From an uncultured delta proteobacterium (GTDB lineage: Bacteria > Desulfobacterota > Syntrophobacteria > Syntrophobacterales > Syntrophobacteraceae), in assembly GCA_963808625.1 (NCBI GenBank), contig CAWEHK010000039.1, positions 49,412-113,411 of the forward strand: DNA of 64,000 nt, read 5' to 3'. How positions within the stretch are numbered: position 1 is the stretch's first letter; each line of letters opens with the position of its first letter. Of this stretch, positions 10,851-22,399 are shown one piece after another. Under the pieces are notes generated by a model. The model saw nothing but the letters and a program-made list of their open reading frames with translations, had not been told where the DNA came from and ran no database searches. The translations under genes were made by a program, and so were the position numbers.

Positions 10851-10880
10851 CAAACAAAAGGGGCGCCGAGCGCCCCTTCT
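10851..10880 (-). terminator. Rho-independent terminator after the IPTL-CTERM gene
   Basis: AAGGGGCGC-TCG-GCGCCCCTT followed by TTGTTT on the minus strand. Confidence 0.7.
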
Positions 10881-10914
10881 TAGACACTTATTCTTACTTC
10901 TTGGTGCATTAGAC

Positions 10915-12209
10915 TTAGCTAACTCTCCTCTTTCTCAGCAGCCATACTGCGGAAGCTGCCAGCAGCAGAGACAAGATGATGGCGCTCCACTCGTTCAGGC
11001 TGGGAACCGTACCTCCTTTTCGAAGGGTCACGTCGGCCTGACACACGTCAGGTGGAAAGTTAGCAGCGGCAGCAGCCTTTGCGAGATAGCTATTTGTCAG
11101 GGTCCCAGGAGCGTCCATTTTCAGATGCACTTTGAAGGTGAACACCAAGGTTTCGTTAATCCCCAATTGGCTGACACTGGTCCAACTGATGATTCCCGTC
11201 GAATTGGGCGCAGGATCTGGACCGAGATTGAAGCCCGCCGGGCTCACAACATTGACAGGGCCAAGGAAACTCATTCCAGGAGGCAGGATATCCTGAATAG
11301 TCACCTGCGTGGGGGCGGCAGGAATGGTAGGGCTGGAGGCATTGGTGACGGACAACTGCGCATACAAGTCTCCCTCCCAGCTCGAACCCTGGGGAAGGGT
11401 CAAATGCTCCATCATGGCTGCGGTCGTGAAACCCAACTTCTTCGGGCTTACACAATGGATATTGGGCTCATCGGGGAATTCAAGCACGGCCGTCACTTCC
11501 CTCAAGGCTGTATCCAGGGCGTCAGCATTAGTCATCCTGATCTTCTATCCCACAGAGATTGTTAATGTTTGCCGTACCCTGGAATTGTGCTTTAAGAATT
11601 TCTATATCACGCGCAGGAGTGTTCCCCGCCTGGGGAAACGAGTATGTGGAGCTGCCGCCACCGGGGCTGTGAAGTGTCACAGTCCAGGTCGTGTCCTGAT
11701 CATTGTACACGCTTCCAAGCTTCAGGCTGTAGAACTTATCCCAGGTGCAGGTGGTGCAATAGCCCACGGTATTTGGTTGTGGAAGGCCGCAACCCGAATC
11801 AGTTGTCGTGCCGTTCCAGATAATCCTTCCCCATCCGTTAGAACCGGTATCGTTGCTGACAACCCATGCCCTTAGGAGCGGATCGGTATTGCCATCGATG
11901 AAAGCCTTTCCAACTGCGGAGGCCGAGGTAACGATTGTGAGCTCCAAAACGCGGGCGGCTCCCAAGGACATTAGTCTGTAGCCAAAACTGGCGGGGGCTG
12001 AGAGACCTGCTGCTGAATATGCAGGGGTGGGATGGGTTGGTCATTGAACAGTGGCGGGTTGGCGCCATTGCCAAAGCGTATGGTACCATGTCATCGATTG
12101 TGACACAGAACGAGAAACCAGCCGCCTGGTTCGGCGCCAGCAGGCAGATCATCGCCACGCTCACAATCAACATCCCCAAAGTTAACAATAAACTTCTCTT
12201 CCTTTTCAT
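10915..12209 (-). CDS. IPTL-CTERM sorting-domain surface protein with DUF11-like domain; split by indels
   Basis: GAGGAGG RBS and signal peptide MKRKRSLLLTLGML...; VTIQDILPPGMSF and GTLTN (DUF11-like); C-terminus VPSLNEWSAIILSLLLAASAVWLLRKRR (motif, TM helix, basic tail). Confidence 0.8.
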
Positions 12210-12551
12210 GACTTCTCTCCTCCTCTTTGTTCTAAAAGAAATGCTAACGCTTGGTGAAAACCCCCATGAATACGCCAAATCTCTGGACCTCTTCACGCCC
12301 TTTCTCAATCCTCCATGCTTTGAGGAAAACTGAGTCAGAAAGCATACAGACCGAGACCTTCCGTGGAATACTAACCTTTCTGCACATGTTTCACCATCTG
12401 CTTAAGATATCCTATAAAGGCTAACAGATGCCTTTGTCAAGAAAAAAAAGACAAATGGACTCTTCGCTCCCGCCGGAAACAGTCCTGCAGGAGTCTGAGC
12501 ATCATGGGCAGTCGCTTCTTTATCGCTGGAAAAGCATTGGAAAATCAACCA

Positions 12552-12602
12552 ATGATGGTTGATGGTTGATAGTTGATGGTTGATGGTTTACGGTTGATGG
12601 TT
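12552..12602. repeat. Heptamer tandem array (TGATGGT)n
   Basis: atgatggttgatggttgatagttgatggttgatggtttacggttgatggtt. Confidence 0.85.
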
Positions 12603-12630
12603 AAGGGGGCAATCCTTCTTGTGGGGCCTA

Positions 12631-13830
12631 TCAGTGGAGCTCGTAGCCCTCCCGTTGCAGTTCCGCGATGACCTCTTCAACATGAGCGGGACCGCGTGTT
12701 TCCAGTTCGACTTCGACGCGACTGAGGTAGACGGGCAGGTTTTTGCCGCTGCGTTGATGGGTGATGTGGAGGACATTGGCCTTGAGCCGGGCGGTGATGG
12801 ATAACAACCGGGCCAGGGCATCGGGGATATCTTCCAGGCAGACGGAAAAGCGCATAATGCGGCCATTGCGAAAAAGCCCCTGGCGAATGACCCGCTCGAG
12901 CAGGGGGCTGTCCACATTGCCGCCGCTGATGACAAGGATCACTTTGCTTCCCTTCGGGATTTCGGTCGACCGGGCCAGAAGGGCCGCAAGGGGGACCGCT
13001 CCGGCCCCTTCGGAAAGCACTTTTTTCCGCTCGATAAGGGTGAGGATGGCGGCGGCAATCTGGTCCTCGTCAACCAGTACTACCCCATCCACCTTTTCCC
13101 GAATAATCGCAAAAGGAAGGTCTCCTATCTGTTTTACGGCGATGCCGTCAGCAATGGAGCGCTGGCTTTCGACGCGGCATACCTTGCCTTCCTTGAGGGC
13201 CTGATACGCGGATGGACATGCGGCCGCCTGCACCCCGATGACTCTGACCCGCGGGTCCAACGCCTTGACGCCGCTCGCAATCCCGCTGATGAGGCCGCCC
13301 CCGCCGATGGGCACCATGATCAGGTCGGGAGCGGCGCAATCCTGAAAAATCTCGAGGGCGATCGTGCCCTGGCCGGCAATGATGTCCGGATCGTCATAAG
13401 GGTGAATGAAAACCTTTCCTTCTTGAGCGAGCAACTTCGCTTTCTGGATGCACTCCCCGATATTTTGTCCCACCAGCAGCACTTCACCGCCGTAGTTGCG
13501 GGTCGCTTCCTGTTTGGAGAGGGATGCCGACTCAGGCATGACAATGGTCGCCCTGAGACCCGCCCGTTTTGCCGCCAGGGCCACCCCCTGGGCATGATTA
13601 CCGGCCGATGCCGCTACCACCCCTTCCGGACCGATCGTTCCCCGCAGGTTTTGGATCTTGTAAGAAGCCCCGCGCACCTTAAAGGAGCCGGTTTCCTGAA
13701 GGTTTTCGAGCTTGAGATAGACCTCCGCGCCACTCAGGTGACTGAAGGTGGGAGAATACACCAGCGGCGTGCGGATTACTCTGCCGCGAAGAAACTCCTC
13801 AGCCTTTTGAATGGTGGTGAGAGGGATCAT
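12631..13830 (-). CDS. ilvA: Threonine ammonia-lyase with C-terminal ACT domain
   Basis: LKLENLQETGSFKVRG, ASAGNHAQG, PIGGGGLI, SGGNVD; start MIPLTT at 13830. Confidence 0.93.
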   Translation of the reverse strand: MIPLTTIQKAEEFLRGRVIRTPLVYSPTFSHLSGAEVYLKLENLQETGSFKVRGASYKIQNLRGTIGPEGVVAASAGNHAQGVALAAKRAGLRATIVMPESASLSKQEATRNYGGEVLLVGQNIGECIQKAKLLAQEGKVFIHPYDDPDIIAGQGTIALEIFQDCAAPDLIMVPIGGGGLISGIASGVKALDPRVRVIGVQAAACPSAYQALKEGKVCRVESQRSIADGIAVKQIGDLPFAIIREKVDGVVLVDEDQIAAAILTLIERKKVLSEGAGAVPLAALLARSTEIPKGSKVILVISGGNVDSPLLERVIRQGLFRNGRIMRFSVCLEDIPDALARLLSITARLKANVLHITHQRSGKNLPVYLSRVEVELETRGPAHVEEVIAELQREGYELH

Positions 13831-13837
13831 GACGAAC

Positions 13838-15268
13838 TCATTCCGCGAACGACATCCCGGCCCGGCCGGTACCATATTGGCCGAGCTCGCACTCCCAGGG
13901 CAGCTCGAGCGCTCGGTGCATCTCGCTATCCAGGGGACTGCCATATCTCAAGGAGAGAATAATCTTGTTGGCCCTTTCCTCCACTTCGGGAAGGGCTTCG
14001 ACGAGCACTTTCAGGTACTTGAGCACCCTTTTCATCTGGTGTTTGTAAGGTACCGGCAGGGCGGGGTTTTCCAGGAACTGCAGGATTTCCTCCAGGACGA
14101 AGAGATTGTTGGAGGTACAGTAGACATAGGCGAGGCTGATCCATTTATCGCAGAGGTCCCGTGGCAGGTGATTGACGTTCCTGGCAAGGTCGAGGTTGAG
14201 ACCCACCCGCAGGGCTACCGCGAGACGGCCCAGAAGACTGTTGATTTCCTCCTCGTCCTCGTCCCAGGCGCGGAGTACGGTAAGCAGTTTCTTCCATTTA
14301 GGCTGGATCATGTTCTTGAGCCACTGTTCCCCCTGCGTCGGAAGGAGCGGCAGGACCGCCAGTTCCTCCTGTTCGGCCAGGAGGCTCGTGCTCAATTTAA
14401 TCCATTCGGGATTGCCCTTGAGGGCAGGCAAGCGCAGGATGATCAATTCTTTGAGCCGCTCCAGGATGGGGCCTTTCCATTCCAGGTCCGGGAAAGCTTT
14501 GCGGAGTTGAACCTCCCACTCCCCTCGCAGGATTCCGATCTCAGCGTTGATGGCAGAGAAAATGAAACCGAACTTGATGAGGGTGTTCCGCAGTTCATGG
14601 GCCAGAATCTCGCAGCTCTGTAAACGCTGTTGGGCAAATTCCTGTTGGGACCGGGAAAGGGTTTCCCGCAAATGAAGGGAGAGAAGTTCCGTGCCGAGGC
14701 TTCGGGAAAGCTCCTTGATAATCCTGGTGGAACGGTCTTCGCGATGCAGGCTGTGCGGCAGAAAATGAATCTTTACCACCGCCGCAACGATATAGTCCGA
14801 ATCCTGCCAGATGGGCCGGCCCTGCCAGTCCATCGGATATTCCATGGTTGCCAGACAGTTGCCGTAGAGATCAGTCTTCCTCACCAGCACGGGTTCCATA
14901 TGGTAGACGTCTTCCAGTTCGCCCCGCAACTGCTTGCGCACACTGCGTTTATCTTCCGCCGGGTTATCGGCGGTCCAACTTTGCTGCTTTTGCACGCACC
15001 ATCCCATCGCCTCCAAAGGGCGATCAGGGTGATCCCGGTATTCGTCCCAGCTCTTTCCCGGATAGTTGTAGTCAGAAATCGAAGGCAGTCCCCATTCGAT
15101 GTCGTCTCCGTCCTCCCTGCGGACCCCGGAGGTGACCCTTACCGCCTGGAGCTTCGGCATGGACCCGATGCGATAGATCGTACCTTTGGTCGCCACGTCG
15201 AGGCACGAGAGAATGGTTTTGATCATGTTCTTGCAGGCGTTTTCAAGGAGCTCATCGATGAGGTTCAT
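13838..15268 (-). CDS. Hypothetical protein with HisKA-like H-box but no evident HATPase domain
   Basis: 476-aa ORF with AGGAG RBS; coiled coil followed by ILAHELRNTL; no N/G1/F/G2 boxes seen. Confidence 0.75.
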   Translation of the reverse strand: MNLIDELLENACKNMIKTILSCLDVATKGTIYRIGSMPKLQAVRVTSGVRREDGDDIEWGLPSISDYNYPGKSWDEYRDHPDRPLEAMGWCVQKQQSWTADNPAEDKRSVRKQLRGELEDVYHMEPVLVRKTDLYGNCLATMEYPMDWQGRPIWQDSDYIVAAVVKIHFLPHSLHREDRSTRIIKELSRSLGTELLSLHLRETLSRSQQEFAQQRLQSCEILAHELRNTLIKFGFIFSAINAEIGILRGEWEVQLRKAFPDLEWKGPILERLKELIILRLPALKGNPEWIKLSTSLLAEQEELAVLPLLPTQGEQWLKNMIQPKWKKLLTVLRAWDEDEEEINSLLGRLAVALRVGLNLDLARNVNHLPRDLCDKWISLAYVYCTSNNLFVLEEILQFLENPALPVPYKHQMKRVLKYLKVLVEALPEVEERANKIILSLRYGSPLDSEMHRALELPWECELGQYGTGRAGMSFAE

Positions 15269-15323
15269 GCCATTCTCCTGAAGGATGCGCCGGACACAAA
15301 GAAACGGACCATGAGCTAACCGT

Positions 15324-15906
15324 CTACTTCCTTTTCAGGACGAAAATCTGCCGGACCGGAACGACACCAATAACCTCCGTCGCTTCCGACAGGGAGGTAG
15401 GATTGGATTCCAGTTCCTCCCAGGAAGCAAACAGCGCGGCGTCGCCATTATTCCTCATGATTACAGGAACGGTCCTCTTCGATGGTTTCTTGCCCTCGAA
15501 GACCAGGTTCCCGGGTTCTTCGGGCCGAACCAACTTCGATTCCACCTGAAAGGAATCGATCACTTGATAGAGGGTTGAAGTCGTATATTCTTCGGGAGAG
15601 AAGGGCTTGAGCTTGCCTTCCTCCAAGAGAAAAACCCTGCCATCGAGTTGTTCCTCGTCGCCCTTCACGTCCCTGTCAGGAGCTTCGTGCATCGTCTTCC
15701 AAGAAATGCTTCTCGACGTCAATGACATTTGCTTTTCTTTTCATCAAAAAACGCTCCCTGTATTTTCCAGATTTCAAAAGTATTTCCAGTGAGTTGTCGA
15801 GATCACCACAGCCCTTTTGGGCAACCTGGCAGTTGTCCTTGCAGAGTAAACATCTGAAGGCAGGGACTCGACGTTCTTCATTCTTACACCAAACAAACCG
15901 CGCCAT
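15324..15906 (-). CDS. Hypothetical protein with N-terminal Cys cluster (one gene split by an indel near 15690)
   Basis: MARFVWCK...RCLLCKDNC continues into ORF 15324-15728; operon-like spacing with the downstream gene. Confidence 0.6.
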
Positions 15907-16257
15907 GAAGGAAACAGTCCCTCGTTTCGGTTGAGCGCCAATCATCAGAACTGACCTCGAATGGACCTGAGCCTCATTAATTTACAGTCACACCTAAAAT
16001 GTCAAGAACTCTTAACAGGAAACGAAATGAAGGATGAAAATCGGGCAGGGGCAGGGAATAAGGGTGGAAAATAAGGGAAAGGAGCTATTCCCGGTAGGGT
16101 TACCGCAAATTCTGCCGGGCGCAGGCCGGCCCGGACCTTGTCTGGGTGTGCATGCGCCCCTGAAAAATCATAAGGTGCGGCCCAAACAGCAGTCCCCCAT
16201 TGGCGGTCAATTGGTGAGCGCATCGCTGCGAGCCTGAGCACAAACTCCTGGTGCTGA

Positions 16258-16479
16258 TCACTTTGCTGAATGCTGCTGACGCTCGCTGGTGTATTCGCTC
16301 TCGAGTGACTTCCCTCTCAGCTCGGAAGCCCATTTTCTGAGATGCGTGGCTTCATGGGCCCATCCACATTCCGCCAGCGTATTTGCCTGTTCTTCAATCC
16401 GCGCCGCAAACGTGCCCGCATCGACCGGCAGACCCTTCTTGCGGCCAGCCCCGACCATCGTCATGTTCATTTCTGCCAT
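16258..16479 (-). CDS. Small hypothetical protein
   Basis: 73 aa, GGAGG RBS upstream. Confidence 0.5.
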   Translation of the reverse strand: MAEMNMTMVGAGRKKGLPVDAGTFAARIEEQANTLAECGWAHEATHLRKWASELRGKSLESEYTSERQQHSAK

Positions 16480-16800
16480 CTGCAGTTCCTCCCCGTGAAA
16501 CGAGTTGGTTTATGAATCGCAGCTCTTGCTCAGGTCGCCTTCTTCTCACTCCCTTACATCCCATTCAAAATTAGTAATACTTTACATGTCGGGTTCTCTT
16601 TTTATCAATACTTTAATTGATGGAAACGGGAGCTTGAGGGCAGGGGAGGGTATGGGATGAGAATTCGACGCCCAAATATGGCTTGCTTGAAAGGGACACA
16701 TAAACGAGAATGTTTATTCGTTTCAACCGCGAAATGCATGACAATGCAAAGCCGTCGCTGCTCGTAGTCGATTGTTTCCGGTATTTCGTGGTGAAACAGG

Positions 16801-17292
16801 ATGAGTCATTCCTGGAGAATCCCTAACGATCTCAGGAGCGCCGTCAGGATGTGTTCAACCCCTTCGAAACGCTGGATGTTACTTTTCCTCTGGTTGGTTT
16901 GCCTCGTTGCCGGCCTGTCTTCTTCATGCACCATGCTGGGCGGCGGCCAGCGAAGCGATGATCAGGGACTGCTCCTTGCTGCCGAAAGTTTCAGTCGAGA
17001 CGTGCGCTGGGGAGACTACAAAGCGGCCCTGGCCTGGATTGCCCCCGAAGCCAAGGAGGAATTCATGGATCAGGCTGACAGGCTGCAGGGCCATGTTCAG
17101 ATCATGGAATATCAAATCATGGAGACCAGGATAAATGGGCTTTCGGGAAACGTGATTTTGCGCTATCGCTTCTACCAAAAACAAAACTCTCGGCTTCAAA
17201 CCAAAACGTTGCATCAGCAGTGGCTTTTCCTGGAACGGGAGCGCGTATGGCAGGTTGTGAGAAATGACCTGCAGAAGCTGATGCCGGAATAG
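16801..17292 (+). CDS. Putative lipoprotein (NTF2-like body)
   Basis: Hydrophobic stretch ending LSSSC; true start may be a downstream Met. Confidence 0.65.
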   Translation: MSHSWRIPNDLRSAVRMCSTPSKRWMLLFLWLVCLVAGLSSSCTMLGGGQRSDDQGLLLAAESFSRDVRWGDYKAALAWIAPEAKEEFMDQADRLQGHVQIMEYQIMETRINGLSGNVILRYRFYQKQNSRLQTKTLHQQWLFLERERVWQVVRNDLQKLMPE

Positions 17293-17579
17293 TGCCGAAT
17301 GCGCCCCCGTCTCGCAGGAACAAAAGGTTGCGCCCGAACATTTCAGAAGATCCGGAGCAACTCACGTCAAGCCATGAGGTTGGCAGGCGAAGAAAGATTG
17401 AGGCTTTTCCATTTATAAGGAATTTGGTATACAATCCGACGAAGAAGTCATTTGCAGACTATTCCGTGGTAGCCGAGATTTCCTGGAGAAACCCGGGTCA
17501 GAGAGGTTTTTTTGCATGATGCAGAGGACCGGGAGTCCTTTCATGCGACCCTATCGATTAGTTTAAGGAGGCTTTCGGA

Positions 17580-19448
17580 TTGAGTCCATTCTATAAGAAT
17601 CTGGCTTTGTGGTTGGTCATCAGCCTGATGGTGATTCTGCTCTTCAATATGTTTCACCAACCGCAACAATCAAGCCATGATGCGACCTACAGTCAATTTC
17701 TTGCCTCTGTTCAAAAAGGAGACGTGTCGCAAGTCACCATTCAGGGGGATCATATCCTTGGAACCTACAACGATGGGAGACATTTCCGTACTTTTGCTCC
17801 CCGGGACTCGGACCTCATCCGCACCCTGCGCGAGCGCGGAGTCGAGATCCAGGCGAAACCCGAAGACGACAATCCCTGGTATATGAACATGCTTATCAGC
17901 TGGTTTCCCATGCTGATCCTGATCGGGGTATGGATCTTTTTCATGCGCCAGATGCAGATGGGAGGGGGCAAGGCCATGAGCTTCGGTAAAAGCCGCGCCC
18001 GCTTGCTCAATGAAACCTCAAGAAAGGTCATGTTCGAGGACGTGGCAGGGGTCGACGAAGCCAAGGAAGAACTCCAGGAGATCGTGGAGTTTCTCAAAGA
18101 CCCCAAAAAATTCACCCGCCTCGGTGGGCGAATCCCGAAGGGGGTGTTGCTGGTGGGTGCTCCGGGCACGGGCAAGACACTTTTGGCGAGAGCGATTGCC
18201 GGAGAGGCCGGCGTTCCTTTCTTTACGATCAGCGGTTCGGATTTTGTGGAGATGTTTGTAGGCGTTGGGGCGTCTCGTGTCCGGGACCTCTTCTTGCAGG
18301 GCAAGAAGAACGCGCCATGCATCATCTTCATCGATGAAATCGATGCCGTGGGGCGGCATCGCGGAGCCGGTCTCGGCGGCGGCCACGATGAGCGGGAACA
18401 GACACTCAATCAGCTTCTGGTCGAGATGGATGGGTTTGAATCCAATGAAGGGGTAATCTTGATTGCCGCGACCAACCGCCCGGATGTGCTCGATCCTGCC
18501 TTGTTGCGTCCGGGCCGTTTTGACCGGCAAGTGGTCGTGCCGGTGCCGGATATTCGCGGACGGGATGGCATCCTGAAGGTCCATATTCGGCAGAAGCCCC
18601 TCGCTCCGGATGTGAATCTCCAGACCCTGGCCAAAGGGACGCCGGGGTTTTCCGGTGCGGACCTCGAAAATTTGGTCAATGAAGCGGCGCTGCTCGCGGC
18701 GAGAAGGAATAAGGACTTCATTGACATGGCTGATTTTGAAGAGGCCAAGGACAAAGTGATGATGGGCCTGGAGCGCAAGAGTATGATCCTGAGCGAGCAG
18801 GAGAAGCGCACCACCGCTTATCATGAGGGTGGGCATGCGCTCGTGGCGAGGTTTCTCCCCTGGGCTGATCCGCTCCACAAGGTGACGATCATTCCTCGAG
18901 GCCGGGCCCTTGGCCTGACCCAGCAACTTCCGGAGGATGACCGCCATACCTACTCGAAAGAGTACCTTTCGGACAGCATTGCCATCCTGATGGGCGGACG
19001 GGTGGCCGAAGAGCTTGTCTTCAATCAACTGACCACCGGGGCTTCCAATGACATCGAGCGGGCGACGCATCTTGCCCGCCGCATGGTATGTGAATGGGGG
19101 ATGAGCAAAGAGCTTGGGCCCCTCAGCTTCGGCCGAAAGGATGAACAGGTTTTCCTCGGTCGTGACATCGTCCAGCATCGCGATTACAGTGAGCATACAG
19201 CGATCTGCATTGACAAGGAAGTTCGGGGAATCGTCGAAGACAACTATCAACATGCCAAAGCGATTCTCACGGAACACCTCGATCTGCTCAACCGCGTTGC
19301 CGAGATGCTCCTTGAAAAGGAGACCCTGGATTTGAAAGATCTGGACCGGATTATTGCCGAAGTGAAACCGGAATTGTTGGCAAGGATCCAGAAACAAAAG
19401 GGGACGATGCCGGAGGAAGCCAAGGTCGAGAGCGAGGTCATGCCCTGA
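17580..19448 (+). CDS. ftsH: ATP-dependent zinc metalloprotease FtsH
   Basis: [47 protein letters not shown]. Confidence 0.98.
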   Translation: MSPFYKNLALWLVISLMVILLFNMFHQPQQSSHDATYSQFLASVQKGDVSQVTIQGDHILGTYNDGRHFRTFAPRDSDLIRTLRERGVEIQAKPEDDNPWYMNMLISWFPMLILIGVWIFFMRQMQMGGGKAMSFGKSRARLLNETSRKVMFEDVAGVDEAKEELQEIVEFLKDPKKFTRLGGRIPKGVLLVGAPGTGKTLLARAIAGEAGVPFFTISGSDFVEMFVGVGASRVRDLFLQGKKNAPCIIFIDEIDAVGRHRGAGLGGGHDEREQTLNQLLVEMDGFESNEGVILIAATNRPDVLDPALLRPGRFDRQVVVPVPDIRGRDGILKVHIRQKPLAPDVNLQTLAKGTPGFSGADLENLVNEAALLAARRNKDFIDMADFEEAKDKVMMGLERKSMILSEQEKRTTAYHEGGHALVARFLPWADPLHKVTIIPRGRALGLTQQLPEDDRHTYSKEYLSDSIAILMGGRVAEELVFNQLTTGASNDIERATHLARRMVCEWGMSKELGPLSFGRKDEQVFLGRDIVQHRDYSEHTAICIDKEVRGIVEDNYQHAKAILTEHLDLLNRVAEMLLEKETLDLKDLDRIIAEVKPELLARIQKQKGTMPEEAKVESEVMP

Positions 19449-20308
19449 TGGCCGTTTTTCCCCGGAAGCATTACCTCATGAACCTCAAGTCCGGGTCCCT
19501 GGAGATGGGCAGGCGCACCCTGGTCATGGGGGTCGTCAACGTTACGCCCGATTCCTTCTCCGATGGCGGCGAATGCTACGACACCCATGCCGCCGTTCAG
19601 CGCGCTTCGGAAATGATTGCCGCAGGAGCGGACCTGCTTGATATCGGAGGGGAATCGACGCGGCCTCTTGCCGCACCGCTTCCTGTTGATCTTGAATTGG
19701 AACGGGTTATTCCGGTGATCACGGCGATCCGCACGCAGAGTGACATCCCCATTTCCATCGATACCACCAAAGCCGAGGTCGCCGGGCACGCGCTGGCGGC
19801 AGGCGCCGACATCATCAACGATGTGAGTGCGCTGCACTTTGATCACCTGATGGTCGAGGTCGTCGCCAAAGCGGGGGTGCCGCTGATTCTCATGCACATG
19901 CAGGGCACTCCCCGAACCATGCAGCAAAACCCTTCTTATGCTTCGCTCTTCTCTGAGATTATCGCGTTCCTGGAAGAACGGATGCACTTCGCTGCAGCGC
20001 ATGGGATCGACCGTCAGCAGCTTATCGTTGATCCGGGGATCGGCTTTGGCAAGAATCTGGGCCATAATTTGTCGCTCATTCGCAATCTGGAACTTTTTCA
20101 CTGCCTGGATCGCCCGCTCCTGCTCGGGGCCTCACGCAAGCGGTTCATCGGTGCAGTGCTGGATCGTCCGGTCCAGGATCGGGAGGTCGGCACGGCGGTG
20201 GTGCACAGCTTCGCCATTGCCGCAGGGGTTCATATCATTCGCACTCACGATGTCGCGTTTCACCGGCAGGTTGCCCTGATGAGTGATGCCGTGAGAGAGC
20301 CGGTTTAG
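19448..20308 (+). CDS. folP: Dihydropteroate synthase
   Basis: NVTPDSFSDGG, DIGGESTRP, DPGIGFGK, SRKRF, RTHDV; directly after ftsH. Confidence 0.97.
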   Translation: MAVFPRKHYLMNLKSGSLEMGRRTLVMGVVNVTPDSFSDGGECYDTHAAVQRASEMIAAGADLLDIGGESTRPLAAPLPVDLELERVIPVITAIRTQSDIPISIDTTKAEVAGHALAAGADIINDVSALHFDHLMVEVVAKAGVPLILMHMQGTPRTMQQNPSYASLFSEIIAFLEERMHFAAAHGIDRQQLIVDPGIGFGKNLGHNLSLIRNLELFHCLDRPLLLGASRKRFIGAVLDRPVQDREVGTAVVHSFAIAAGVHIIRTHDVAFHRQVALMSDAVREPV

Positions 20309-20436
20309 AGGGAAGACCCCGTTCGAAGTTGAAGAGAGTGGGGGGCCATGGCTGAATCGATTGCCCGGGAAATGGCCTCCGGCATCCAAAAACCTAAGTG
20401 CAGGCTCACGCAATAAATTGATCATATACCTGGCGT

Positions 20437-20499
20437 GTCATTCCGGTGAAAACCGGAATCCAGAACAATTGCCTGGATACCGGCTTCCGCCGGTATGAC
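20437..20499. repeat. GTCATTCC palindromic element, copy 1
   Basis: GTCATTCCGGTGAAAACCGGAATCCAG...CTGGATACCGGCTTCCGCCGGTATGAC; the first 27 bp are identical at 30604 and 51885. Confidence 0.85.
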
Positions 20500-20537
20500 G
20501 AAATGACTTCGGATACTATTTATGCAGCGCGATACTA

Positions 20538-20668
20538 CAGGGGCGTCCAAAAACAAAAGGCCTTCTTTTACCACGAAGAACACGAAGGACACGAAGTGAT
20601 TTCTTCGTGTTCTTCGTGGTTCGAAAAAGGGCTGAAATGAGTGCAAGTTGTTTTTGGACAGTCTCTAA
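20538..20668. mobile_element. MITE-like element with terminal inverted repeats enclosing a CACGAAG palindrome
   Basis: GTCCAAAAACAA...TTGTTTTTGGAC (12-bp perfect IR); inner CCACGAAGAACACGAAG / CTTCGTGTTCTTCGTGG. Confidence 0.5.
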
Positions 20669-20704
20669 GACCAAATTGTTTAGACGGTGACAAGGGGACA
20701 GGGC

Positions 20705-21502
20705 ATGCTGCTGGCGATGGATATCGGCAATACGAATACCGTCATGGGCCTTTTTGCAGACGAGGAACTGGTCCATGATTGGCGCATCAGGACGGAAGTT
20801 GATGCCACCATTGATGAGTATGGAATTATCATTCGCAGCCTCTTCCAGGCCTCCGACTGCCCCATGGACAAAGTGAAGCATGTGATCATCTCCTGCGTGG
20901 TGCCACCGGTGCTCCATGCCGTCGAGCGGTTTTGCCGAAAATACTTCAGCGTGACCCCGCTGGTGGTCGGTCCGGGCATTCGCACGGGGATGCCGATCTT
21001 CTACGACAACCCGAAGGAGGTGGGAGCGGACCGCATCGTCAATGCCGTAGCGGCTTACGAGGCCCTGAAACAGGCGGCCATCGTCGTCGACTTCGGTACG
21101 GCGACCACCTTTGACTACATTTCTGACCGCGGCGAATACATGGGCGGAGTAATCAGTCCGGGGATCATGATTTCCTGCGAGGCCCTTTTCCATAAAGCGT
21201 CCAAGTTGCCGAGGGTGGAAATATTTGCGCATCCGGCATCGATTGTGGCCAAGAACACGATCTCTTCGATGAATGCGGGGATCGTTTTTGGCTATGCCGG
21301 CCTGGTGGAAGGGATCATTTCGAGGATGAAGAAAGAAGTGGGGGCGGATCTCAGAGTGGTCGCCACCGGCGGACTCGCCCCGCTGATTGCCAGCGAATGT
21401 TCGGTCATTGATCTGGTCGATGACTATTTGACCTTGAAGGGGCTCAGAATCATTCACGAGCGCAACCGAAAAGCCTATGATAAGCCCACTGCGACCGGGT
21501 GA
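20705..21502 (+). CDS. coaX: Type III pantothenate kinase
   Basis: MDIGNTN, VGADR, DFGTATT, GGVISPG, ATGG. Confidence 0.96.
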   Translation: MLLAMDIGNTNTVMGLFADEELVHDWRIRTEVDATIDEYGIIIRSLFQASDCPMDKVKHVIISCVVPPVLHAVERFCRKYFSVTPLVVGPGIRTGMPIFYDNPKEVGADRIVNAVAAYEALKQAAIVVDFGTATTFDYISDRGEYMGGVISPGIMISCEALFHKASKLPRVEIFAHPASIVAKNTISSMNAGIVFGYAGLVEGIISRMKKEVGADLRVVATGGLAPLIASECSVIDLVDDYLTLKGLRIIHERNRKAYDKPTATG

Positions 21503-22399
21503 TTGCATTGCTCTGGTTGCCCCGTCGAGCCCGTTTGCACCGGAAAAATTCGAGATCGCCGGACGGGTTCTCGAAAGCCGGGGATACCGGCTGGCACCGG
21601 GTAAACATATTTTCCGGAAGCTGGGGTACCTGGCAGGCGCGGAAGCGGAGCGGGCGGAAGATCTCATCTACGCCTTCACCAACCCTGATGTCTCCGCCGT
21701 CATTTGTATCCGGGGCGGATTCGGCAGCAGCAGGCTCCTGCCCTGGCTTCCCTTCTCAGCGCTGCAAAAATCCCCCAAAATATTCATGGGCTATAGTGAT
21801 GCGACGTGTTTGCACCTGGCCCTTTGGGCGAGGACCCGCCAAGTCACCTTCCACGGGCCGAATCTGATTGACATGGCGGATTTTCCCGAATGCGTCGAGA
21901 ATATCGTGAGCGCGCTTTCGGGCCGTCACGAATTCTCCTGGAGGGTTGCGGAGGGCCAATCCTGCGGCATGGCATGGCCTCGGGGACGCTGCTCGGCGGC
22001 AATCTCACCTGTCTCTGTCAGCTCCTGGGAACGCCCTATTTTCCCGATTTGAAGAGGGCTCTGCTCCTCCTTGAAGATCGCGGAGAAGCCCTGTATCGGC
22101 TGGATCGACTGCTGACCCACCTCAAACTGGCGGGGGTGCTGGATCGGATAGGAGGGTTGATTCTCGGCCACTTCCACGAGTGCGATGACCCGGAGAAGGT
22201 GAGGGACTTGGTCATGGAGCAGACAAGAGGTTATTCTTTTCCGGTCGTTGCTGATCTTCCTTTCGGCCATGGCTCTCCTAACGAGGTCATTCCGCTGGGC
22301 GCTTCATTCCTCCTGAATACCTTCGAAGGAACTTTGAGGGTGATGTCGGATGTCGGATTTCGGATGTCGGATGTCGGATTTCGGATTTCGGATGGCTGA
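21477..22399 (+). CDS. ldcA: LD-carboxypeptidase (peptidase S66), indel near 21955
   Basis: VAPSS, RGGFG, GYSD, HGP, then GGNL, LEDRGE, FGHG in the next frame. Confidence 0.88.

Noticed and set aside
16000..16255. Possible ncRNA (6S, SRP, RNase P)
   Set aside because: No diagnostic motifs found by eye; an Rfam scan is needed
18018..19397. Long antisense ORFs (also 24241-25455, 28086-29339, 40912-41841)
   Set aside because: Shadows of well-supported genes in GC-rich DNA, with no motifs of their own
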